Shown here: piece after piece, positions 1-8,865 of the stretch
Layout of the letters: each line of letters begins with the position of its first letter
Position numbering within the stretch: position 1 is the stretch's first letter
Assembly: GCA_964410025.1 (NCBI GenBank)
Contig: CAYPFA010000001.1
Coordinates: 31,401 to 95,400 of the forward strand
Direction: 5' to 3'
Source: Candidatus Woesearchaeota archaeon
GTDB lineage: Archaea > Nanobdellota > Nanobdellia > Pacearchaeales > GW2011-AR1
DNA: 64,000 bases
Position numbers and translations under genes: made by a program
The notes under the pieces: generated by a model
The model's database searches: none
Told to the model about the DNA's origin: nothing
Seen by the model: the letters and a program-made list of their open reading frames with translations, nothing else

Positions 1-1364
1 CTTCTTCCAAAGTAGGTAAACATTTGTGATTCGTAGGCACTTGATGAGGACGCAGCTAGCAGAGTAGAAGTTTGAGCTGCAGCACAAGAATTTGCAGAAT
101 TTGCACAAGAAATTCTTGCAACATATTGATCCAAGACCGTATCTCCAGGACCAGTTTGATCTTCCATAAGTGCAGTTATTTTTCCTACATTTTCAGGATC
201 GTATTGTAAAGAAGCCCAAGAAGTATCGGTTCCAATATCAACACCCGATAGAAATGTCTGAGAAGTTTCCCAAACTCCTGCTTGACAATTTGTTTGGCCA
301 AAACAACGGATTATATTAAAATAATCAACATTATTTAAACCATACATCAAAACAAAACCACCAGAAGAAGTTTCGGGCACTATATCAAAATTTCTAAATG
401 AAGTTCCATCCTGATATTCTCCTGCAGCAGTTATTTCCGTTACAGAACCCCAGCCCGAACCAGTCCACTCAACACAATTAAAATCTGCACCAGCATCTAC
501 AGAACAAACCATTATTCTATCGCTGTTTGGATAATTAACGGCCTTAACCCATTGAAAATCAGCAGTTTGACCGGCAGAAGCAGGGACGCTACTTTCAACA
601 CCGATAGTATTTGTAAATGTAATTGCCCTTAAGGAAGTTGCTGCTGCATCGGCCCAAACAATTAAAGCATCTCCCGAATCCTCGTAAGCAACCGCAAAAT
701 CTTCCTTAGTCGCAGTCTCCAAAGTCGTTTCCAATAAATAAGATATCGACCATGAAACCCCATTCCATTCCATTGCAATCAGATCAGAATTAGCATCAGC
801 TGCAATCATCATAATATAATTGCTAACACCATTATCTCTATCTGCAACCAAATTTATCCAATTTATCTGTCCAGTAAGATTAGTAACCACAAATCCGGAT
901 TTATAAAAAGAAGTTCCATTCCAAACCTGATATCTAACTTGACCCGCTGTTCCATTATTATAAGCAACCATAACATCCCCTGAAGCTTTTTCAACAGCGA
1001 GATCATATGCCCTATATAAATTCACACCAGAAGTAGCAGTCATGGTTGAAACAGCACTCCAATTGCTAGTCGAATTATAAAATTGAACTTTAATATCGTT
1101 GTTTGAATCAAGAGTACCTAAAATCGCCTTCTCTCTCACGGGATTATTTTTTAAAACAACCCATTGTAATGTTCCCGTTACTGCAGTCGCATTAAAGTTT
1201 GGAGAAAAAGAAGTTTCATTCCAGACCTGATATTGGGGAGTCGCTACGTACGCAGCGGTAGAATTTTGAAAAGCAACCATCCCAGACTCGGCACTAATGA
1301 AATTAATCAAGAATACCCCTAAAAGTAAAACTAGTATCCAACCCTCTTTTTTATCAATCACCAT
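1..1364 (-). CDS. secreted repeat-containing surface protein (C-terminus lies beyond window start)
   Basis: Hand translation of the minus strand from ATG 1364-1362 gives MVIDKKEGWILVLLLGVFLINFISAES... (signal-peptide-like), and the frame stays open to position 1. Recurring YQVWN[EG]TSF and W-rich segments suggest a repeat (propeller/lectin-like) protein. It is absent from the ORF track because no stop lies inside the window. Confidence 0.6.
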   Translation of the reverse strand, partial: MVIDKKEGWILVLLLGVFLINFISAESGMVAFQNSTAAYVATPQYQVWNETSFSPNFNATAVTGTLQWVVLKNNPVREKAILGTLDSNNDIKVQFYNSTSNWSAVSTMTATSGVNLYRAYDLAVEKASGDVMVAYNNGTAGQVRYQVWNGTSFYKSGFVVTNLTGQINWINLVADRDNGVSNYIMMIAADANSDLIAMEWNGVSWSISYLLETTLETATKEDFAVAYEDSGDALIVWADAAATSLRAITFTNTIGVESSVPASAGQTADFQWVKAVNYPNSDRIMVCSVDAGADFNCVEWTGSGWGSVTEITAAGEYQDGTSFRNFDIVPETSSGGFVLMYGLNNVDYFNIIRCFGQTNCQAGVWETSQTFLSGVDIGTDTSWASLQYDPENVGKITALMEDQTGPGDTVLDQYVARISCANSANSCAAAQTSTLLAASSSSAYESQMFTYFGR

Positions 1365-1553
1365 AAAATTTAAAATTATTTCGAAAAAAAATGATATTTC
1401 TCAAAATAAAACCGACTAATCACCATCCTCCTCATAAAATATTAAAGCAAGGACATTATTTAAACCTTGTTTTTTGCATTACAAAGAGAAATCCATAAAA
1501 ATTTACAACCAGTTACTTAAAAATCTTTATAAATCGAGAAAATATTAAAATAT

Positions 1554-2612
1554 ATGAAAAAATTATTACTTGTATTATTATTTATACTATTTGCATCAAC
1601 AGTTATGGCTCAATCACAAGCAGAATATTTTTACGGAATAGGTTGCCCGCACTGCACGAATGTTGCAGACTCTGGAGTTTTAGACAATATAAATAAATCT
1701 GGAAAAGTAGATTTAATCAAGCACGAAGTCTATTACGACGTAAAGGGACAAGAAAGATTTAAGGAAATTCAAAAAATACTTGGAATTACATCCACAGGAG
1801 TACCATTCCTATTCATTAACTATTCTGAAAATTATACCTATCTTGCAGGTGACACCCCAATAATTCAAAACGCAGAATATTATCTTTACACTGGAGACTT
1901 TACGCCAACAAAACAAGAACCCAGTGCAATAGTCCAAAACCTAACCCTTGGCGCAATAATAATCTCAGCACTTATTGATTCAATAAACCCGTGCGCCTTC
2001 GGAGTTTTAATTTTCCTTATGATTTCACTGCTAAAAACAGGCTCTTCCAAAAGAGCACTAAGATATGGTATAATATACAGCGCAGTAGTCTTTGCAATTT
2101 ACTTTTTAGCAGGTTTTGGAATTTTCAAAGCAATTCAAGCACTTACATTTTTACGAGGCTGGATTTATATAATTGCAGCCGCAATAGTTTTTATCTTTGC
2201 ACTTTTAGAATTTATTGACTTCGCTAACGCCGGAAAATCAGACAAAAAATCAATTTTAAAAATTCCACTAAGCGCAAAACCAATCCTAGAGGACACTGCA
2301 CAAAAAGGAACACTCTTCGCAATTATCTCACTTGGTGTCTTAGTTTCCCTATTCGAACTTCCTTGCACTGGCGGAATTTACCTGGGAATTTTATCACTAA
2401 TGGCAGCACAACAAACTTTCGCCTGGGGTTATTTATTCATCTATAATTTAATTTTCATTCTGCCACTAATCGTAATAACTCTTCTTGTTTACAAAGGAAC
2501 TTCTCCGGAAATACTTCAAAGATGGACAAACACTGAGAAAAGATGGATGAAATTCGCAGCAGCAATTATTTTAGTTCTTCTGGGAATTTATTTACTAAGA
2601 AGCGGATTGTAG
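1554..2612 (+). CDS. thiol:disulfide interchange membrane protein (thioredoxin-like CPHC domain fused to a DsbD/CcdA-type transmembrane core)
   Basis: Signal peptide and GCPHC redox motif, then a multi-TM core with INPCAFGVL and ELPCTGG cysteines typical of DsbD/CcdA electron-transfer proteins. Confidence 0.75.
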   Translation: MKKLLLVLLFILFASTVMAQSQAEYFYGIGCPHCTNVADSGVLDNINKSGKVDLIKHEVYYDVKGQERFKEIQKILGITSTGVPFLFINYSENYTYLAGDTPIIQNAEYYLYTGDFTPTKQEPSAIVQNLTLGAIIISALIDSINPCAFGVLIFLMISLLKTGSSKRALRYGIIYSAVVFAIYFLAGFGIFKAIQALTFLRGWIYIIAAAIVFIFALLEFIDFANAGKSDKKSILKIPLSAKPILEDTAQKGTLFAIISLGVLVSLFELPCTGGIYLGILSLMAAQQTFAWGYLFIYNLIFILPLIVITLLVYKGTSPEILQRWTNTEKRWMKFAAAIILVLLGIYLLRSGL

Positions 2613-3332
2613 TTAGGGTGAAATATGAAATTCTATATCAGGAATTTTTGCAAACTCTTCCGGAGCTAATCTTGTTTTATATGTTGAAAAAAGATAAGAA
2701 TTCAAATAACCAAGAAATCTATTACTATCACTAACGAAATCACTCCATCCGCCAAAAACAAGAGGAGTGGATCCACATCCTCCCAAAGATAACATTCTTG
2801 CAGAACCATGTTCGGAATCCAACTCGGCAATACTTGCAATAGGATCACTTCTCAAAACAGGATGTTTTCTTACACGAATAATATGTCCCAATCCTGAATT
2901 ACTCGTAGGATAAAAATATTCACTTGACTCAGAATTTTCAATAACTTGCTTATCAAACATCTTTGAAATACCATCAAAAGATTTTTTATCTCTACCAACA
3001 ATACTAGCAGCCAAACCAAACGTTCTTCCACCACCATTAATTTCAAAATAAAGATAATTTAATGGTGCAGGCAAAGTAATTCTTAAAGAACTATAATATA
3101 AATCTCCACCCTCCATATCTCTTTCATCATCTTCCACAATCCTCCTCTCTCTTTCACAGCTAGATTCTGCAAACTTACTTTCATCAAATTTTTCAGAATC
3201 ATCACCATCTTTACTATTCTTCTTATCGCTTATTTTTGTCCAAGTAGGCTCTAGTCCATCCTCTAGAAATCTGTAAAAGAACTTTCTTTCCGGCATAACT
3301 ATCTTTATCATAATACCACCAAAAAAGACCAT
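2613..3332 (-). CDS. hypothetical protein
   Basis: 239-aa ORF with an acidic N-terminal half and no motif I recognise. It abuts the stop of the convergent upstream gene. Confidence 0.45.
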   Translation of the reverse strand: MVFFGGIMIKIVMPERKFFYRFLEDGLEPTWTKISDKKNSKDGDDSEKFDESKFAESSCERERRIVEDDERDMEGGDLYYSSLRITLPAPLNYLYFEINGGGRTFGLAASIVGRDKKSFDGISKMFDKQVIENSESSEYFYPTSNSGLGHIIRVRKHPVLRSDPIASIAELDSEHGSARMLSLGGCGSTPLVFGGWSDFVSDSNRFLGYLNSYLFSTYKTRLAPEEFAKIPDIEFHISP

Positions 3333-3365
3333 TATATACAGATTTATTCACTAGAAGACACTAAT

Positions 3366-3617
3366 CTATTTTATCGTCCATCCCCTAACTTTCGCCTTCA
3401 TATATAATTCCCTCGGGCATTTCGTCCCAGATTTTGAAAACGCACAAACGATACAACACGAATGCATCGGAGTTCTAACCTCTTGCTTGCATTTCGGACA
3501 GGTATAAATCTGCGGAGAAAACTCAATACAAACCTTCGCAGTCGTTCCCTTTTTGCAATGCGGACAAACCAAAATAACACTCTTCGGAATCTTCTGAACG
3601 GATTTCTTTGACATCAA
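3366..3617 (-). CDS. zinc-ribbon protein
   Basis: 83-aa ORF with paired CPHC ... CPKC motifs plus a CCIVC cluster. Confidence 0.5.
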   Translation of the reverse strand: MMSKKSVQKIPKSVILVCPHCKKGTTAKVCIEFSPQIYTCPKCKQEVRTPMHSCCIVCAFSKSGTKCPRELYMKAKVRGWTIK

Positions 3618-3636
3618 ACAATATCACAAACAACAT

Positions 3637-4641
3637 TTAAATATTTTCGCAAACAAAATCCTTTCCTTTAGGATAAAATCCGAGAACTGACTTATGTTTT
3701 AAAACCCACTTTATCAATTCCCAAGAAAATATCGCATCCTCAACTTTCGGAAAAACTTCTCTATTTGATTTAAAAAATTCCTCAAACATTTTTATATATG
3801 GATTAACTCTCTCGTTAAAATCTATTATCTTACCGTCGATAAAAACGCAAGATTGTTTTTTGCCAAAAGCCTTACCGGTAACAAACTCAAACTCATTTTT
3901 TCCAGATTTTAAAACCAAATCAACAAATGTTTCCGTGTTTGACTTTTTACCCAGCTCGTTTTCATACTCATCATATTGCATCCTAGAAAATTTCTCAACG
4001 CTAAACAATCTCAAATCATGCCGGAGATCTTTTCTAATTCTAAATAACAAATTTAAAAAATGACTCTGAACCATGTCTCTAATTGCACCAATTTCATCGT
4101 AATATGAACGCCCCTCAAGCCCGACTTTCTCTAAAAAAACAAATTTTATTTTCCCGAAATTCCCCTTCATTTTACCAACCTCTTCCTTAAACAAATAATG
4201 ATCAGCTAAAAAAACCTTCTCGCTAAAATCACCGATAATATCTTTTAGTTCTTTTGCGCTCTCTAAATCATATCCAAATGGTTTTTCAATCAAAATAGAA
4301 ATATCAAAATTACGATCATAAATCTCCTTTAATTCTAGCAAAATACCCTTCAACATTTTTGGTGGCAACGAAACATAAAAATAATTTTTGCTATTTTTAT
4401 CCAAATCTCCAGCCAATTCCCCAAATAAACTTTCATCAAAATCAATTTTCTTATATCTAATCATTTTCTTTAATCCCGCAGAACAAGAATCACACACGCC
4501 AGAAACATACTGCTCACTAGACATATCTTTTCTACCTAATGCAATAATTTCAAAATCTTGTTTAAAACTCAAATCTTGCAACGCTGGCAAAACTTTCCGC
4601 CTAACCAAATCGCCAGTAGCACCAAAAATAAATAATTTCAT
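3637..4641 (-). CDS. glucose-6-phosphate 1-dehydrogenase family protein (short form)
   Basis: FGATGDLVRRKVLPAL dinucleotide-binding N-terminus, plus EKPFG and DHYLFKE signatures of the Zwf family. At 334 aa it is shorter than canonical enzymes. Confidence 0.7.
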   Translation of the reverse strand: MKLFIFGATGDLVRRKVLPALQDLSFKQDFEIIALGRKDMSSEQYVSGVCDSCSAGLKKMIRYKKIDFDESLFGELAGDLDKNSKNYFYVSLPPKMLKGILLELKEIYDRNFDISILIEKPFGYDLESAKELKDIIGDFSEKVFLADHYLFKEEVGKMKGNFGKIKFVFLEKVGLEGRSYYDEIGAIRDMVQSHFLNLLFRIRKDLRHDLRLFSVEKFSRMQYDEYENELGKKSNTETFVDLVLKSGKNEFEFVTGKAFGKKQSCVFIDGKIIDFNERVNPYIKMFEEFFKSNREVFPKVEDAIFSWELIKWVLKHKSVLGFYPKGKDFVCENI

Positions 4642-4732
4642 TACAATAATTTCAAAAAACTCTTTTTAACCATTTGTAAACCCTCTTAACTAAAACCAAA
4701 ATCCCTAAAAACCCACATAAACTGGCTAAACT

Positions 4733-5458
4733 ATGGGAATACTCAATATAATGAAAGGGTTAAGCGCCAACACACTCTACTATCCAGGATGCATGCTAAA
4801 AAACGTAATGACGCAAGAACAAGAAAACTATAAAAGAATAATGAACATCCTAGGAATCGACTTTGTAATGCTACCCAATAACGAAGTTTGTTGTGGAAGC
4901 CCAATAATAAATGCAGGATACAAGAAAGATGCAGTCATACTTGCCAAAAAAAATTTTGAAATTTTCAAAAAAAACAACATAACAAAAATAATAACTCCTT
5001 GCCCTGGATGCTACAATATGTTCCAAAATGAATATCCAAAACTCCTACGAGAATGGAATATTCAAGTTGAATTTGCACTACAAACAATTCTTGCAGAACT
5101 TAAAATAAGAAAATTAAAACAATATACTGAAAGAGAAATCGTTTCTTACCACGACCCTTGCCATCTAGGAAGATACTCTGATATATACGAAGAACCAAGA
5201 GAAATAATAAAACTTCTTGGCGGAGAATTAGTTGAAATGAAAAATAACAGGAAAAATGCAATTTGTTGTGGAGCGGGCGGAGGAATGAGAGCAAACTATC
5301 CAGAAATAGCAAAAGATATCGCAAAAAAAAGAATGCAAGAAAAACCAAACAATGCAAAATTTGTCTTAACGCCCTGTGGATTATGCACAGCAAATCTAAA
5401 AACAGCTGACGATTCTGTTGTAGAATTTTCAGAATGGATTTTAAGGAGGCTGTTGTGA
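4733..5458 (+). CDS. Fe-S oxidoreductase with two CCG cysteine-rich domains (GlcF/LutA/HdrB-like)
   Basis: EVCCGSP and AICCGAGGG motifs plus PCPGC and DPCH, the pattern of CCG-domain subunits. Confidence 0.7.
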   Translation: MGILNIMKGLSANTLYYPGCMLKNVMTQEQENYKRIMNILGIDFVMLPNNEVCCGSPIINAGYKKDAVILAKKNFEIFKKNNITKIITPCPGCYNMFQNEYPKLLREWNIQVEFALQTILAELKIRKLKQYTEREIVSYHDPCHLGRYSDIYEEPREIIKLLGGELVEMKNNRKNAICCGAGGGMRANYPEIAKDIAKKRMQEKPNNAKFVLTPCGLCTANLKTADDSVVEFSEWILRRLL

Positions 5459-6285
5459 AAATAAATTATCACGTTCATACAACTGGAAGCGACGGAAAAC
5501 TCTCACCAGAACAAGTAATTGAAAATGCAATTAAAACTGGAATAACTCATCTATGTTTAACTGATCACTATCCAGCACCAGAAGGAGTTGATCTTGATTC
5601 CCTAAAACACTACAGAGAAGGATTGTTCGAAGATCTAACTAAATTAAAAGAAAAAAACAAAGACAAAATAGATATTTCCATTGGCGCAGAATTTGATTGG
5701 GCAGAAGGATTTGATTCTTGGTATAAAACCGAAATCACAAAGAAAAAATACGATTACCTAATCGGCTCGGTTCACAGAGTAATAAATGAAAAAGAAAACT
5801 TCGGACTCTGGGACGGAAAAGAAACCGTAGAAAATTTCGTCAAAAGAATTGGCCCTAAAAAATACACAGAAAGATATTATGAAATGGTTCGCTCTCTAAT
5901 TAATTCAAAACTCTTCGACTGCGTAGGACACTTTGATATAATAAAAATACACAATTTAGAAAACCCAATTTTTTCTGAAAAAGATTCTTGGTATATAAAA
6001 GCAGTTGAAAACACGCTAGACGTTTTAGCAAAATCAAAAATGTGCGTGGAAATAAATATGCGTGGAATGGCAAAACAAGGAGAAGACCGACAATATCCTA
6101 GCTTTTGGATTTTACAAGAAGCACATAAAAGAAAAATTCCTATTACGATTGGAAATGATTTTCACGGTTTAAATTATGGAAATTTAGATCAACTTTTAGA
6201 CAAAGCCTACGAACTTGCAAAAAAGGCAGGATATAAATCAGCTTTAATTTTTAAAAATAGAAAACCTATCGAGGTGGAATTATGA
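5434..6285 (+). CDS. PHP-family metal-dependent phosphoesterase (HisJ-like)
   Basis: INYHVHTTGSDG N-terminal His motif and later DHY, GSVH, GHFD and NDFH ligand-like positions. Overlaps the upstream gene by 25 nt. Confidence 0.65.
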   Translation: MDFKEAVVKINYHVHTTGSDGKLSPEQVIENAIKTGITHLCLTDHYPAPEGVDLDSLKHYREGLFEDLTKLKEKNKDKIDISIGAEFDWAEGFDSWYKTEITKKKYDYLIGSVHRVINEKENFGLWDGKETVENFVKRIGPKKYTERYYEMVRSLINSKLFDCVGHFDIIKIHNLENPIFSEKDSWYIKAVENTLDVLAKSKMCVEINMRGMAKQGEDRQYPSFWILQEAHKRKIPITIGNDFHGLNYGNLDQLLDKAYELAKKAGYKSALIFKNRKPIEVEL

Positions 6286-7394
6286 CAAAACCCCTTTCAC
6301 CATATGAAACTGACGCATCTCAGGTAGTTGGAAAAGCAACGAAAATTATTCAACCAGAAAATATGCAAGAATTAAAAAATGCCATAAGAATGAATCCAAA
6401 AATCTGCATCAGAGGCGGTGGAAGCGGTTTAGCTGGCGGAGCAGTTCCTCAAAATGAAGCTGTTTTAGATTTATCAAAACTTGACAGAATAGACAATTTA
6501 GACACATCCCGAAGAACAATTGAAGTTGAAGCCGGAGTTATACTGGACGATTTAAACAATTATTTAGATAAATACAACCTAGAATTCCCTCTAAATCCTT
6601 CATCTCACGCAATTTGCACAATCGGCGGAATGATTGCCACAAATGCTGTCGGATCCAGAGCAATAAAATATGGAAGAACTTCCGAATGGATAAATTGGCT
6701 AGAAATAATTAATCCAATGGGAGAACAAGAAAAAAAAGCTCAAACAGAACTTTCAGACTACACAGGCATGGAAGGAATAACAGGAGTAATCGCAAAAGCA
6801 AGCCTGAGGCTTTCCGTAAAAAAACCCAAAAGAACAGCGACACTAATTTCATCTGGATACATAAATGAAATATCTGACTACGTAAGAAATTTAAAACGAA
6901 ATCCAAATGTTTCCATGATTGAATTTTTTGACAAGAAAATTTCTGAATGGCTTGGACTAGATTTCAAATATCATTTACTTATAGAATTTGAATCAGATGA
7001 AGGAAATCTAAAAGACGAGCAATATAATCAAATGATGGAAACAAGAGATAAAATTTATCCCATACTTGCCGAAAAAGGCTACAACAGAATCGAAGATCCA
7101 AAAATACTTTTAGATAGATTTGATAAACTTTTCACATATATTGAATCCTACGATATTCCCGTTTATGGACATCTTTCCGTAGGAATATTGCATCCCTGCT
7201 TCTCCAAATCTCAAGAAAGATTAATACCTGAAATAATGAGTTTAACAAAAAAACTTTGCGGACAAATAACTGGAGAACACGGAATTGGTTTATTAAAAAA
7301 AGAATTTATCGACGTAAATGACAAAAAATTAATCCAACTAATCAAAAGTAGAACAGATCCAACAAATAAATTTAATTCTGGGAAGGTTTTATGA
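6282..7394 (+). CDS. FAD-linked oxidase (GlcD / D-lactate dehydrogenase-like)
   Basis: GGGSGLAGGAVP FAD-binding motif and C-terminal GEHGIG motif. ATGA overlap with the PHP gene. Confidence 0.7.
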   Translation: MTKPLSPYETDASQVVGKATKIIQPENMQELKNAIRMNPKICIRGGGSGLAGGAVPQNEAVLDLSKLDRIDNLDTSRRTIEVEAGVILDDLNNYLDKYNLEFPLNPSSHAICTIGGMIATNAVGSRAIKYGRTSEWINWLEIINPMGEQEKKAQTELSDYTGMEGITGVIAKASLRLSVKKPKRTATLISSGYINEISDYVRNLKRNPNVSMIEFFDKKISEWLGLDFKYHLLIEFESDEGNLKDEQYNQMMETRDKIYPILAEKGYNRIEDPKILLDRFDKLFTYIESYDIPVYGHLSVGILHPCFSKSQERLIPEIMSLTKKLCGQITGEHGIGLLKKEFIDVNDKKLIQLIKSRTDPTNKFNSGKVL

Positions 7395-8425
7395 ACATCA
7401 CCTTCGCTCAATCCAGAGAATTTTTAGAAAGCATCACAGAAAAAGATAAAGTTGCAATTTTCACACACAAAGATTTAGATGGATTTGCTGCAGGAATTTT
7501 ATTTCAAGATTTTTGCGAAAAAAAAGGCTGCAAAAAAGTTCAAACATTCATTATAGATTATGGGATGAATAAAATCAGCGATTATAATTTAGATGAATTT
7601 AATATTGGTTTAGCGTCAGACCTAGCACCTAGTTCAGTTGTGGAAGATTTTGCAAAAATAAAAGATAAAAAAATATTTTATACAGACCATCATCCCAAAG
7701 ATGAAAAATATAAAATTCCGGATGAAGTTTCCTGCTTTATTACAACTTCCCAAGGCTATTTACCATCCACAAGAACTGTTTATGAACTCACAGAAAAAGA
7801 AAACAAAGAAAAACTTTGGCTAGCAACACTCGGCACTCTTTCGGACATGGCAGAAAAATATCCAGAAAATAAAGATTTTTTAGAAAATGCCTATAAAAAA
7901 TTAGGAACAAATCAAGAAGAAATGCTAAAATATTTATTCAAACTAAACTTTGCCCTAGTTGGTTCTCCTTCGTTAGAAAAAGCCTTCGAAGAAATTTCTA
8001 AACTAGAAAATCTAGAAGATATAGTAAAACTTTCCAAATATTACGAACCTGTAGAAAAAGAATTTGCAAGACTAGAAAAAGATTATGAAAATAAAAAAGA
8101 AAGATTTAATAAAATTGTCTATTATTATATTGAAACAGCCTATCCTGGATTAAAATCCGCATTTATTAATGCCATTTCCACCAAAGAGCCAGACAAAGCA
8201 TTAGTATTCACAACCACAAAAAAGAATAGCACGCTATCATTATCGTCCAGAAATCAATCAAGAGAATATAATGTATCAAAACTATTGCAAGATTGTTTAG
8301 CCGGATTAAAAGAAGGCTGGGCAGGCGGACACAAATCTGCAGCAGGCGGCCAACTAGACAAATCAGACCTAGAAAAATTTAAACAAAAATTAAAAAACTA
8401 CGATGTAGAATCAGCTAAAATATGA
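7391..8425 (+). CDS. DHH/DHHA1 family phosphoesterase
   Basis: DLDGFAAG, TDHHP and GGHKSAAGG motifs. Confidence 0.7.
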   Translation: MNITFAQSREFLESITEKDKVAIFTHKDLDGFAAGILFQDFCEKKGCKKVQTFIIDYGMNKISDYNLDEFNIGLASDLAPSSVVEDFAKIKDKKIFYTDHHPKDEKYKIPDEVSCFITTSQGYLPSTRTVYELTEKENKEKLWLATLGTLSDMAEKYPENKDFLENAYKKLGTNQEEMLKYLFKLNFALVGSPSLEKAFEEISKLENLEDIVKLSKYYEPVEKEFARLEKDYENKKERFNKIVYYYIETAYPGLKSAFINAISTKEPDKALVFTTTKKNSTLSLSSRNQSREYNVSKLLQDCLAGLKEGWAGGHKSAAGGQLDKSDLEKFKQKLKNYDVESAKI

Positions 8426-8820
8426 AAAAAATAAAGAAAAAAAATATAGAAGCATCAAACCTAATCGAAGAAGCAACAGAAATAATTCAAAATTGCATTA
8501 AATGTGGAATGTGCAAATCACTGTGTCCAGTTTTCAAATCACTAAAAGAAGAAGACGTTTCTCCAAGAGGCCACTCTATATTAATAAAAGAAAAAATAAT
8601 AAACGAACTATTATTTCAATGCACTCTCTGTAAGGCCTGCGAACAAAAATGCCCACTAAATTTAAAAATCTGCGACGCCATAAGAAATGCAAGAGAAGCT
8701 ATGGTTTTGCAAGAGCAAGGTCTAAAATCCAACAAGGAAATGATTGAAAACACACGAGAATCTGGAAGTCCGTTCGGAAAAGATAAAAAAATCTCTAAAG
8801 ACAAATTATATTGCTGTTAA
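8422..8820 (+). CDS. 2x[4Fe-4S] ferredoxin-type domain protein (GlcF N-terminal-like)
   Basis: CIKCGMCKSLCP and CTLCKACEQKCP cluster motifs. ATGA overlap with the DHH gene. Confidence 0.65.
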   Translation: MKKIKKKNIEASNLIEEATEIIQNCIKCGMCKSLCPVFKSLKEEDVSPRGHSILIKEKIINELLFQCTLCKACEQKCPLNLKICDAIRNAREAMVLQEQGLKSNKEMIENTRESGSPFGKDKKISKDKLYCC

Positions 8821-8865
8821 TCTCCCTACAATAATCTTTAAATATTGACTTTTCCATTAATAACT

